From Armatimonadota bacterium (GTDB taxonomy: Bacteria > Armatimonadota > HRBIN16), in the NCBI GenBank assembly GCA_963677485.1, contig OY781964.1:896001-960000 (forward strand): a stretch of DNA of 64,000 nt, in the 5' to 3' direction. The stretch's first letter is position 1; each line of letters begins with the position of its first letter. Both the position numbers and the translations under genes were made by a program. Positions 1-9,347 of this stretch are shown here, one piece after another. The notes beneath the pieces were generated by a model. That model was not told the origin of the DNA. It searched no databases and worked only from the letters and a program-made list of their open reading frames with translations.

Positions 1-557
1 TAGATACTGGCTTTCAGTGTAATCAAGTCAACCAATCCAGTGAACTCCCCTTCAGCACCGATAGGGTACTGAACAGGCACTGCGTTGGATCCTAACCGCT
101 CACGGATGCGCTTGACGACTTCAAAGAAGTCAGCACCGAGGCGGTCCATCTTATTGACATACACTATGCGTGGAACATTATATTTAGTAGCTTGTCGCCA
201 AACTGTTTCCGACTGAGGTTGCACACCACCGACTGCACAGAAGGTGGCGACGACTCCGTCAAGCACGCGCATACTGCGCTCCACTTCAACGGTGAAATCC
301 ACGTGTCCGGGCGTATCGATAATGTTGATCCGGCATCCACCCCAGAAGCATGTGGTGGCAGCGGAGGTAATGGTGATACCACGCTCCTGCTCCTGCTCCA
401 TCCAGTCCATCGTTGCTGCACCTTCGTGCACTTCACCGATGCGATGTATACGACCAGTATAAAAGAGCATACGCTCTGTAGTGGTCGTTTTACCTGCATC
501 GATATGGGCTGCGATGCCGATATTTCTAGTATTTTCGAGGGAATACTCCCGTGCCAT
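1..557 (-). CDS. fusA: Elongation factor G, N-terminal part (runs off window start)
   Basis: Hand translation from ATG at 557 gives [26 protein letters not shown] (G1 GTPase motif). A GGAGG RBS lies upstream and the gene follows rpsG. Confidence 0.97.
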   Translation of the reverse strand, partial: MAREYSLENTRNIGIAAHIDAGKTTTTERMLFYTGRIHRIGEVHEGAATMDWMEQEQERGITITSAATTCFWGGCRINIIDTPGHVDFTVEVERSMRVLDGVVATFCAVGGVQPQSETVWRQATKYNVPRIVYVNKMDRLGADFFEVVKRIRERLGSNAVPVQYPIGAEGEFTGLVDLITLKASI

Positions 558-620
558 GAACTGCTGATATCCTCCTGCAACCTGCGGTATATTCTACCGA
601 CAGACCGCCATGTTACTTTT

Positions 621-1091
621 CTATACTTTGTAGTGGGCGAAGGCTTTGTTAGCCTCAGCCATGCGGTGAGTGTCCTCACGCTTTTTCACTGCGGCACCGG
701 CACTATTAGCTGCATCCACTATTTCGGCTGCAAGTTTTTCGGCCATGGTGCGTCCACCGCGCTTGCGGGCGGCGGAGATCATCCAGCGGATACCCAGAGC
801 GGTTTTTCGCTCAGGACGGACTTCTACTGGAACCTGGTAGGTGGCACCGCCTACGCGCCGAGGTTTGACCTCTAGCAGCGGCATCACATTCTTGAGAGCG
901 GACTGGAACATGTCCAATGCGGCTCTTTCGCTCTTCGCTTCCACTACAGACATGGCACTGTAAAATATCTTCTCGGCAACTGCTTTTTTACCACCCAGCA
1001 TCAGCCGGTTGATAAATCGCTGTACCAATATGTCATTGTAAATAGGGTCGGGAAGAATCTGTCGGCGCTCGGCCGGACCTTTTCTAGGCAT
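621..1091 (-). CDS. rpsG: 30S ribosomal protein S7
   Basis: MPRKG...[14 protein letters not shown]...[10 protein letters not shown]; str operon position. Confidence 0.98.
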   Translation of the reverse strand: MPRKGPAERRQILPDPIYNDILVQRFINRLMLGGKKAVAEKIFYSAMSVVEAKSERAALDMFQSALKNVMPLLEVKPRRVGGATYQVPVEVRPERKTALGIRWMISAARKRGGRTMAEKLAAEIVDAANSAGAAVKKREDTHRMAEANKAFAHYKV

Positions 1092-1111
1092 TGTTGTTCA
1101 AATCCTCCAGC

Positions 1112-1483
1112 TTATTTCGGGCGCTTCGTGCCGTATTTACTGCGGCTCTGTTTGCGGTTATTGGTGCCGCCGGTATCCAACGTGCCACGCACGATGTGAT
1201 AGCGGACACCAGGCAGGTCCTTCACGCGTCCACCGCGAACAAGAACCACAGAGTGTTCCTGAAGGTTGTGTCCGACACCAGGGATGTAAGCCGTAACCTC
1301 CACACCGTTGGTCAGGCGAACACGAGCCACTTTTCGAAGAGCCGAATTCGGCTTCTTCGGGGTTACCGTACGCACTACCAGGCACACGCCGCGTTTCTGC
1401 GGGCAGGACCTTAGTGCAGGGCTTTTGCTTTTCTTATGAATAGCTACGCGGCCCTTTCGGACTAACTGGTTGACTGTCGGCAT
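1112..1483 (-). CDS. rpsL: 30S ribosomal protein S12
   Basis: [12 protein letters not shown]...[17 protein letters not shown]...DLPGVRY. Start trimmed to ATG 1483, which has an AAGGAG RBS. Confidence 0.98.
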   Translation of the reverse strand: MPTVNQLVRKGRVAIHKKSKSPALRSCPQKRGVCLVVRTVTPKKPNSALRKVARVRLTNGVEVTAYIPGVGHNLQEHSVVLVRGGRVKDLPGVRYHIVRGTLDTGGTNNRKQSRSKYGTKRPK

Positions 1484-1501
1484 ACTCTGATACTCCTTAG
1501 T

Positions 1502-1537
1502 AAAAAACCAAAACCCCCTTGCCGAAAGGCACGGGGG
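1502..1537 (-). terminator. Intrinsic terminator/attenuator-like hairpin directly upstream of the rpsL RBS
   Basis: Minus strand CCCCCGTGCC-TTTC-GGCAAGGGGG followed by TTTTGGTTTTTT. Confidence 0.55.
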
Positions 1538-1797
1538 CACAGTGATCGTGAGTCTACATCCGCAGTTTTAGACCGCATATGATTGACACAATTGATCATT
1601 CGAGACTAATCCGCCGAGGCGGGTTATATCCCGGATGTGCCCTCTTGCCGTGAGGCTCACCGAAGTGAGCCGAGGGAGAGTGAACTTCTCTCCCGGGATA
1701 CACCAAATTGATGTCATCCCCTGGCAGCGGAGGAGCTACCGATCGGCTTTTGCTTTGCCCGATTGGGGCGACTGCGCGGTTACGCACAAAGACGCCA
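1502..1797 (-). ncRNA. Putative structured 5' leader RNA of the str operon
   Basis: Run of hairpins including GGCTCAC-UUCG-GUGAGCC (1654-1671), GGGAGAG/CTCTCCC (1674-1694) and a closing stem TATCCCGG/CCGGGATA. A TATACT -10-like box lies at 1804-1809 (minus). Confidence 0.5.
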
Positions 1798-1986
1798 AGG
1801 AGTAGTATACACCAATAATCTGCCAGTGTGCCAGTTTTGGGAAATATTCGCGAAATTGCCCCACATTGGCACCCTGAGCTAGGAATATTCGGCCCGTGAC
1901 GGTCTGTGGGGTATACCTATTGTATATGTTGTCAGTGGTGGCGGGAAGTGAACCGAATGGCTCCCCGTGTAGGAAGTCATAGCCGG

Positions 1987-2143
1987 AGCCCGTTAATTCC
2001 GCGACATAAATGGGTCGGCTATTGATCATCAAGTCCGTTGAAACGGACTACGGCATTTCGTGCCGAAGTTGATAATGACATGGAAGACTGCTTCAGCAGG
2101 CTTGTTGTTCAAGAGCCGAGACATTTATGTCGCGGAATCGGGC
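1987..2143. repeat. REPIN-like long inverted repeat with internal palindromes
   Basis: Arms ATTCCGCGACATAAATG..TCGGCT and AGCCGA..CATTTATGTCGCGGAAT; internal AGTCCGTTGAAACGGACT hairpin. Confidence 0.7.
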
Positions 2144-2305
2144 CGGTTGAATGTCGGGTGCTAGTCCGAACCACCTATTATATATGGGTCAGTTGTGATT
2201 ATCTGCGCAGCACCGCATAATAGGGCTGTGGCGATGCATTATCGCCATCAAACCCTGTTAAGTATGTATCACACGATATGCACCTGAAAGGAGACCAACG
2301 AATAT

Positions 2306-4135
2306 ATGTGGAGGGCAGCAATCATGTTTACTGCGGTTCTATCGGCGACAGCCGCTTCGGCAGGTGCCGGAATCGAGCTCATCAACAGCAGAAAGAGCGA
2401 CTACCAGATCGTGATCTCCTCATCCGCCAGCGCGGTGGAGGAGCACGCAGCGGCGGAGTTCCAGTCACTGCTCAAGCAGTTGACCGGCGTCAAGCTGCCG
2501 ATCGTCAAAGACATCACCGCCGGTAAGGGTCCGGCGATCTACATCGGAGCCAGCCGAAAGGTGCGCGGTTTAAAGCTCCAGCAGCAAGCAGCTCAGCTTG
2601 GTGCCGACGGCGTGCTGATCAAAACGGTCGGATCCGACCTGGTGCTGCTGGGCCAAAATGGCAGAGGGCAGCTTTATGCGGTATACGAGCTGTTCGAGCG
2701 ATACCTTGGAGTGGAGTTTCTAGCCTGGGACTGCACCTTTATTCCCAAAAAGAACTCTGTGTCCCTGCCTAGTATTAACTACAGCTATGCCCCGCCGTTT
2801 GAATACAGGCACATCTGGGCATACGACTACATGAACTCCAGCGATAAGGGCAGCACTGCCCCACCAATCGCTCAGAGGATGCGGCTGGGTGGCACGCTGC
2901 AGATGGCCGACGAGGCCTCAGGCGGTAATATCTGGACCAAGCCCTTCTCACACTCCTTTAATGAGATGATGCCGGCATCGAAATACTACGCGGAACATCC
3001 CGAATACTACGCGCTGGTCAACGGCAAGCGGGTGCAGGGCGTGGTCGACGCGCAGTTCTGTCTCGGCAACCCCGAAGTGCTGCGGATCTGCACCGAAAAG
3101 GTGCTGGAGTGGTGTAAGGAGTATCCCAGTCCTGACGTGATGATCAGCATCTGTCCCAACGACGGTGCTGGCTGGTGCGAATGTCCACAATGCGCCGCCG
3201 TGTTGGCTGAAGAGGGATCGCAGATGGGCTCCGTACTGCGTTTCGCGAACGCCATGGCTGAAACAGCCGAGCGCCGGTATCCTGGCAAAAAGCTCTGTGT
3301 GTTCCCGTATGCTGGCGCACGGATCGCCCCGGCGGTGACCAAACCGCGCGCGAACGTACTCGCCTACTTCTGCCATGAAGGCTGCTACTTCCATGGGTTC
3401 GAGCAGTGCGACCTCAACTCACAGTCCGTTAACCGCATGGAGCGGTGGCGTGAGCTCTCTGATGGTCGGCTTTACTACCATGAGTATATGACCAACTTCT
3501 CCCACTACCTGGCCCCTAACCAGAACCTGCTGGGTTTAGTGAAGGACATTCGGTTCATCGCCCAACATGGTGTGAAAGGCGTGTCCGTGCAGGGGCAGTG
3601 GAACAGCCCCGGCGGCGAACTGGTGGAGCTGCGCACCTTCCTCGTGGCGAAACTGCTGTGGGATCCCAGCCTTGATGACATCACGCTCAGGCGGGAGTTC
3701 TGCAAGGGGTATTACGGCAAGTCGAGTGGCGACATTCTGCGCTACCTCGATCTGCTGGATATAGCGGCAGAGGACCAGACCATCCACGGATATGGGGCCT
3801 GGGACGCCGCACGCACCGTCTCACCCGAGTTCGTGGCTGAAGGGCTGAAGGTCCTCAAGTCCGCCCGGGCCAATGCCAACGATGAGGCTGTCCGCAAACG
3901 GGTAGAGAAGCTGCAGCTATCCTTATGGTACATGCAGCTCCAGTGGCCAGATCGGTATGCGCTTGATGCGGCTGATGCCCCGAAGATCATCGCTGAGTTC
4001 CGCCGGATCGCCGCCGAGAACGACATCACGCATATCCATGAGGCCATTGACTACACGTTCCACGATCTGCGCCCAGCACCGAACCTAGTCCCGTGGCTGG
4101 ACCAGTTGAGCGCGAAGTATCCCGAGGCGCAGTAG
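2306..4135 (+). CDS. Secreted DUF4838-type protein (putative glycoside hydrolase with GH20/GH67-like N-domain)
   Basis: Signal peptide; N-domain GQLYAVYELFERYLGV; HSF..HPEYYAL..Q.CL.NPEV; PND..WCECPQC. Confidence 0.75.
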   Translation: MWRAAIMFTAVLSATAASAGAGIELINSRKSDYQIVISSSASAVEEHAAAEFQSLLKQLTGVKLPIVKDITAGKGPAIYIGASRKVRGLKLQQQAAQLGADGVLIKTVGSDLVLLGQNGRGQLYAVYELFERYLGVEFLAWDCTFIPKKNSVSLPSINYSYAPPFEYRHIWAYDYMNSSDKGSTAPPIAQRMRLGGTLQMADEASGGNIWTKPFSHSFNEMMPASKYYAEHPEYYALVNGKRVQGVVDAQFCLGNPEVLRICTEKVLEWCKEYPSPDVMISICPNDGAGWCECPQCAAVLAEEGSQMGSVLRFANAMAETAERRYPGKKLCVFPYAGARIAPAVTKPRANVLAYFCHEGCYFHGFEQCDLNSQSVNRMERWRELSDGRLYYHEYMTNFSHYLAPNQNLLGLVKDIRFIAQHGVKGVSVQGQWNSPGGELVELRTFLVAKLLWDPSLDDITLRREFCKGYYGKSSGDILRYLDLLDIAAEDQTIHGYGAWDAARTVSPEFVAEGLKVLKSARANANDEAVRKRVEKLQLSLWYMQLQWPDRYALDAADAPKIIAEFRRIAAENDITHIHEAIDYTFHDLRPAPNLVPWLDQLSAKYPEAQ

Positions 4136-4303
4136 GGGCATCGCGTGCGGTGCCCGGATTGTCTGAACCACGGATTACGCGGATAGCACGGATAGGTTCG
4201 GATCGAAACGGGGAATGCCAATCGGGAGATTGGCGTTCCCAGGCAGCGTGCATTAACCCATGCCCACCCTTTGCGCCCTTGCATCCTTGCGCCATTGCGT
4301 TGA
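4132..4303. repeat. Cluster of REP-like palindromes and short-period repeats
   Basis: GTAGGGGCATCGC..GGTGCCC; CACGGAT/CGCGGAT triplet; GGGAATGCCAATC..GATTGGCGTTCCC hairpin (4211-4240); CTTGCG-type repeats. Confidence 0.55.
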
Positions 4304-4471
4304 AAATCCCCAGCCCTCACGCCCCCTTGCTGACGAATCAGCGCATTTCTGGCTATAATACCCATGACGTACAGAATACGGTGCCTCGGTGTTGCGGGAC
4401 TTGACGCACGTGCAAACGTGCATTCTGTGTGCCGGTACACAATACTTGAGAGCAGAGGTCTGCTTGCTTTT

Positions 4472-6037
4472 ATGGAAACCATCCATCGTTCCGATTCATT
4501 GGTGATAGGTAGCGGCATGGCCGGGCTGTCGTTTGCCCTGCGTATGTCTGACTTCGGTTCCGTCACGGTGATCACGAAGAAGGATCGCAAAGAGTCCAAC
4601 ACCAACTACGCCCAGGGCGGTATCGCCGCCGTGATGGGCCCAGAGGACGATGTCGAGCTGCACTACCAGGACACCCTCGTCGCGGGTGCCGGGCTGTGCC
4701 ACCACGATGCCGTCAAGCTGCTGGTTCAGGAAGGCCCGAAGCAAATCCGCCGGCTGGAGTCTATCGGTGCCCGCTTCGATGCGGATGCCAAGGGGCAACT
4801 GAGGCTGGGCCGCGAAGGTGGCCATCACCTGAACCGCATTGTCCACTTCGCCGACCGGACCGGCTGGGAAGCGGAGCGCGCTCTGCTGGAAGCCGTCAAG
4901 GGTAAGCCCAACATCACAGTCTACGAACACTATTTTGCACTCGATCTCATCGTAGACGACCACGGCGAATGTATCGGCGTGATGGCGCTCAACCGCCTGA
5001 CTGATGAGGTAGAACACTTCTGTGCACCGACCACGCTGCTGGCCACCGGTGGAGCCGGTATGATCTACCCACATACCACCAACCCGGGCATCGCCACCGG
5101 TGATGGCGTCGCTTTGGCCTGGCGAGCTGGTGCGCAGGTCGCCAATCTGGAGTTCATGCAGTTCCACCCCACCACGCTTTACCATCCAGAGGCCCGCGCT
5201 TTCCTTATCTCCGAAGCGGTGCGCGGTGACGGGGCGATCCTGCGTCTGCCCGACGGCACAGCCTTCATGGAAAACTACCATGAGATGAAGGACCTGGCCC
5301 CACGCGATGTGGTCGCAAGGGCCATCGACGCGGAGACCAAGAAGCTGGGTATCCCCTGCGTCTTCCTGGATATCACCCACCGCGATGCAGAATATCTGCA
5401 CACACGCTTCCCTGGCATCACCGAAAAGTTGGCTCCGCTGGGGCTGGACCTGGCCCGCGACTTGATCCCGGTACTTCCCGCCGCGCACTACATGTGCGGT
5501 GGCGTGGTGACGGACCTGGATGGCCGGACCAACATCCCGCGACTATTGGCCGCCGGTGAGGTCACCTGCACTGGTGTGCATGGTGCCAACCGCCTCGCCA
5601 GCAACAGCCTGCTGGAAGCGCTCGTCTATGGCTTCCGCGCGGCCGAATACGCCTCCACCGCTCATACCACACAGATTAATCTGACCGAAGCGCCATCCCA
5701 TCCACCGGTCAACACCGGCGTGGAGCGCGGCGATATCCGCGAGCGTATGCACGCTATCATGCGACAGCATGTGGGCATCGTGCGCAACCTCAAGTCACTG
5801 CAACTGGCCGACGCCGGTCTTCGCGAACTGCTCGCTCAGTCACAGCAGATGACCAGCGGAACCATACGCGCAGGTTTATGGGAGGACGCCAACCTGGTGC
5901 TGGTCGCCTCATTGATGGTCCGATGCGCTCTGGCCCGGCATGAAAGCCGTGGGCTTCATCAGTTGGAGGAGTTCCCACTGACCGATGACGTGAACTTCAG
6001 CAAGGACACCCTGCTCATCCCTGAGGCGCATTCATGA
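4472..6037 (+). CDS. nadB: L-aspartate oxidase
   Basis: GSGMAG FAD motif, SNTNYAQGGIAA, EFMQFHPT, HYMCGG, HGANRLASNSLLE. Start trimmed to ATG 4472. Confidence 0.95.
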   Translation: METIHRSDSLVIGSGMAGLSFALRMSDFGSVTVITKKDRKESNTNYAQGGIAAVMGPEDDVELHYQDTLVAGAGLCHHDAVKLLVQEGPKQIRRLESIGARFDADAKGQLRLGREGGHHLNRIVHFADRTGWEAERALLEAVKGKPNITVYEHYFALDLIVDDHGECIGVMALNRLTDEVEHFCAPTTLLATGGAGMIYPHTTNPGIATGDGVALAWRAGAQVANLEFMQFHPTTLYHPEARAFLISEAVRGDGAILRLPDGTAFMENYHEMKDLAPRDVVARAIDAETKKLGIPCVFLDITHRDAEYLHTRFPGITEKLAPLGLDLARDLIPVLPAAHYMCGGVVTDLDGRTNIPRLLAAGEVTCTGVHGANRLASNSLLEALVYGFRAAEYASTAHTTQINLTEAPSHPPVNTGVERGDIRERMHAIMRQHVGIVRNLKSLQLADAGLRELLAQSQQMTSGTIRAGLWEDANLVLVASLMVRCALARHESRGLHQLEEFPLTDDVNFSKDTLLIPEAHS

Positions 6038-6915
6038 GCCCACAGCCCTGGAAGTGCAGCCTTCACGGCGGGCACAGTAAAGACTACTGTGAGCACGCCT
6101 ACTCCACGCTGCGCGACATCATAGAGGCCGCCATATCGGCAGGCTACGACACTTTCGGCATCACAGAACACTGCGCCCGCATAGAAGATAAGTATGTGTT
6201 TGTAGGCGAACAGCGCAAGGGGATCACCGTGCAGCAGCTAGTGGATACTTTTGACGCTTACGCGGCTGACAGCATGGAGATCGTGCAGGAATACAGCGGC
6301 CGCATCAACCTTCTGAGGGGCTTCGAGATAGAGATCATGCCTCCCGACCGTTACCCCGAGATGACGGCGCACTGGCGAAAGCAGCACGGGTTCGATTATG
6401 TAGTGGGCAGCGTTCACTGGGTGTATGAGCAGTGTGTGGACGAAGATGAGGAGTATTTCAAGCTGATGATCGATCAGGCGGGAAGCTTGGATGAGCTCTG
6501 CTGCGAATACTACCGTCTGCTGGCGGATATGGTGCAGAGGGTGAAGCCCGAAGTGGTAGGCCATTTCGATCTGGTGCGCTTGTTTGGACAGAAATTCGGC
6601 AACGTAGATACCCCGCAGGTGATTCGCTACGCAGAACAGGCCATGCAGGCGGTGGCGGAAGCGGGTTCTATCCTGGACCTGAACACAGCGGGCATCCGCA
6701 AAGGCGTCGGGCACCCCTACCCCGCGCCGCTTTACATCGAGATGGCCAAACATATGGATATCTCCTTCTGCTTTGGCGACGACAGCCACAGTGTGGGGCA
6801 GGTGGGGTTTGGACTTGATGAGGCAAGGGAGTATCTTCTGAAACATGGCATCACCAGCATCACCACCCTGGTGAAGCATGGCGATGAGCTGGTGAAAGAA
6901 GTCCGGCCGCTGTAG
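6034..6915 (+). CDS. hisK: Histidinol-phosphatase, PHP family (HisJ/HisK type)
   Basis: SLHGGHS.DYC.HA, GITEH, GFEIE, GSVH, GHFDL, GDDSH motifs; 4-bp overlap with nadB. Confidence 0.8.
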   Translation: MSPQPWKCSLHGGHSKDYCEHAYSTLRDIIEAAISAGYDTFGITEHCARIEDKYVFVGEQRKGITVQQLVDTFDAYAADSMEIVQEYSGRINLLRGFEIEIMPPDRYPEMTAHWRKQHGFDYVVGSVHWVYEQCVDEDEEYFKLMIDQAGSLDELCCEYYRLLADMVQRVKPEVVGHFDLVRLFGQKFGNVDTPQVIRYAEQAMQAVAEAGSILDLNTAGIRKGVGHPYPAPLYIEMAKHMDISFCFGDDSHSVGQVGFGLDEAREYLLKHGITSITTLVKHGDELVKEVRPL

Positions 6916-6956
6916 CATCGACAAAGACCCCGTTTATGATAATAAAGGAGCCATTA

Positions 6957-7508
6957 ATGATCCCTGCCCAGATGCCGTTAGCCCCTCCGGTGAGTGTCAC
7001 ACTCCGCGATGGGGCTGTCTACACCCAGCGGTTGATCACCGAGTACGACGCGCCCGCGCTGGCGGAGTTCTACGCTTCGGTGCCGCGCGATGACTCGCGG
7101 TTCTACATGGGGCCTAGCGCCCTCAATGAAGCCCATGCCGAGGTAGACGCCCAGGAGGCTGTCAGCCCCCTGGTGGTCGCGTTGGTGCTGGAGAGTTCCG
7201 ATGGCCGGATAGTGGCTTTCTCCTGGTATCGATGGGCGGAAGGTGTCGATCAAGTGAGCACCTTCGGCATCTGCGTGCGGCGAGGATTTCAAGGGATCGG
7301 AGCTGGCGAAGCGATGATCACACGCGTCATCAGCGTCGCGGAGCATGTCGGCCCTGATGTCATGTCACTCACCGTCCAAAAGGCCAACCTGCGCGCCCAG
7401 AAGCTGTATCTCAAATCCGGTTTCCAAATCGTGCGTGAGCAGATGATCGGTGAGAGAGATGGCTTCGATGCGGAGCCTGAATATTACATGGAGCGCAGCG
7501 TTCGGTAG
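6957..7508 (+). CDS. GNAT family N-acetyltransferase
   Basis: V..GFQGIGAG motif A and N.RAQKLYLKSGF; AAGGAG RBS before ATG 6957. Confidence 0.85.
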   Translation: MIPAQMPLAPPVSVTLRDGAVYTQRLITEYDAPALAEFYASVPRDDSRFYMGPSALNEAHAEVDAQEAVSPLVVALVLESSDGRIVAFSWYRWAEGVDQVSTFGICVRRGFQGIGAGEAMITRVISVAEHVGPDVMSLTVQKANLRAQKLYLKSGFQIVREQMIGERDGFDAEPEYYMERSVR

Positions 7509-7693
7509 ATTCCGCTGATGTGAGGGAAATCTCACGCGAAGACGCGAAGGCGCGAAGGGGTGGTTTACCTTACCGCGCCGAGGTTACCCTGATCTGACTG
7601 ATTAACTCCCGCTCATGACCACTTGGTGGAGCCATTCCGGGCCTCCACTCCCAATCCCCCCTTAAGCTTCGATATAATGTTCAGGGAACAGTT

Positions 7694-9262
7694 ATGAAAC
7701 AAAACAACAAAACTTTCGTGCGCTCCGCCATTATCATGATGGCGGCCGTATTCCTTAGCCGGATTTTGGGGCAGCTACGCGATACGCTCATCGCCTCATG
7801 GTTTGGTCAGGGCAGCGCCACAGACATCTACCGAGCCGCCTTTTCGGTACCGGACCTTCTCTACTTCCTCATCGCCGGCGGGGCTCTCTCCTCAGCCTTC
7901 ATTCCTGTGTTTTCGAGCTATCTCGCACGTGAGGAACACGAAGATGCCTGGACGCTGTTCTCCAACGTCGCCTCATTGATGTTCATCGTCATCACAGCAC
8001 TTATTATCATCTGCGAAATTTTCACTCCACAACTGGCCCGTATCATCGCTCCGGGATTCAACGCTCAGCAGATCGCCGAAACCACTCGCCTGACCCGTAT
8101 CATTCTGCCCGCTCAACTGGCTTTCTTCCTGGGCGGTCTGATGATGGGCAGTCTGCAGTCTGTGGGCAACCCCTGGGGTCAGGCCATTGGTCCGATCATC
8201 TACAATGTTGGAATCATCGCTGGCGGTGTATTCCTGCGGAAAAGCATGGGCACGGAGGGCATGATCTGGGGTGCGTTGGCGGGTGCATTCGCCGGTAACT
8301 TCCTTTTCCAGCTATTCCTCATGAAGCAAACAGACTGCAACTACCGGTGGAGCCTCAACTTCAGGCATCCGGGCGTGGTGCGGGTGGGCAAACTGATGCT
8401 GCCGGTCATCCTAGGGCTGTCGCTGCCGCAAGTTTATGTGCTGGTAAACCGCATGTTCGCCTCTATGCTCGAAAGCGGCATCATCTCAGCCTTAGACAAC
8501 GCCAGTAAGCTGATGCAGGCCCCGCTTGGCATTTTCGCCCAGTCGATTGGCATCGCCATCCTGCCCACGCTGAGCGGATTATCCGCCACTGGCAAGATGG
8601 CTGAGTTCACGCAGACCTTCTACAAGGGGTTGCGCACCCTCTGGTTCCTGGCTTTCATATCAACCGCGTTGATGATCGCGCTCTCACCGGATATCATCTC
8701 GTTAATATACGGATACGGCAAATTCGCCCACACGAAGGGCGCGGCTGAGATCACAGCCACCGCCATGACGCTCTACTGCCTGGGCCTATTCGCCAGCAGC
8801 AGCCAAGCCGTTCTGAACCGGGCTTTCTACGCTGTGCAGGATACCGTCACACCGATCGTGATCGGCACCATCACCACCATCATCTTCTTCCCCATGAACT
8901 ACGCGCTGATGAAGCCGTTTGGATATAAGGGCCTGGCGTTGTCTGGCTCACTAATCGCCATGATACATGTCGGTTGGATGCTGCTGGCCGTCAAAACACG
9001 AATCAAGATCGACATCAAGCCACTGGCTATCCCCTTCTTCAGAATTCTAGGCACCGGGGTGATCACCTGGCTGATATGCGTCGGTTTGCGAATACTCTCT
9101 GCCGAATACCTGTATTCATTCTTCCCCCACCAGAAGCTGTTCAACCTGTTCAACCTGCTGGTGATAGGCAGCCTGGGCAGCGTCATCTTCTTCGGTTGTT
9201 CGAAGATGCTGGGCAGCGATGAGGTGGACCAGGTGAAACAGATGCTGAGGCGACGCAAGTAG
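7694..9262 (+). CDS. murJ: Lipid II flippase MurJ (MviN)
   Basis: SRILGQLRD..IA..FG, AF.VPD, GGALSSAFIPVF, ~13-14 hydrophobic segments; TATAAT upstream at 7673. Confidence 0.93.
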   Translation: MKQNNKTFVRSAIIMMAAVFLSRILGQLRDTLIASWFGQGSATDIYRAAFSVPDLLYFLIAGGALSSAFIPVFSSYLAREEHEDAWTLFSNVASLMFIVITALIIICEIFTPQLARIIAPGFNAQQIAETTRLTRIILPAQLAFFLGGLMMGSLQSVGNPWGQAIGPIIYNVGIIAGGVFLRKSMGTEGMIWGALAGAFAGNFLFQLFLMKQTDCNYRWSLNFRHPGVVRVGKLMLPVILGLSLPQVYVLVNRMFASMLESGIISALDNASKLMQAPLGIFAQSIGIAILPTLSGLSATGKMAEFTQTFYKGLRTLWFLAFISTALMIALSPDIISLIYGYGKFAHTKGAAEITATAMTLYCLGLFASSSQAVLNRAFYAVQDTVTPIVIGTITTIIFFPMNYALMKPFGYKGLALSGSLIAMIHVGWMLLAVKTRIKIDIKPLAIPFFRILGTGVITWLICVGLRILSAEYLYSFFPHQKLFNLFNLLVIGSLGSVIFFGCSKMLGSDEVDQVKQMLRRRK

Positions 9263-9347
9263 GCTGATCCAACGGCCTGCATGGTGAACCTCATCACTGC
9301 CATCACCGTCTTATGGTTGTGTATCTAACTTCCATGGAGGTAATCCT

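Noticed and set aside
164-875. ORFs 164-679 (-) and 192-875 (+), and other long antisense ORFs such as 4496-5488, 14661-15677, 17554-18723 and 53796-54806
   Set aside because: They are shadow frames of well-supported genes in GC-rich DNA and show no recognisable motifs.
1112-1483. Streptomycin-resistance allele of rpsL
   Set aside because: TPKKPNSA and RVKDLPG are the wild-type motifs.
1627-1700. tRNA gene (cloverleaf-like junction)
   Set aside because: It lacks a canonical T-loop (GTTCRA), D-loop and anticodon arm geometry. It is treated as part of the rpsL leader.
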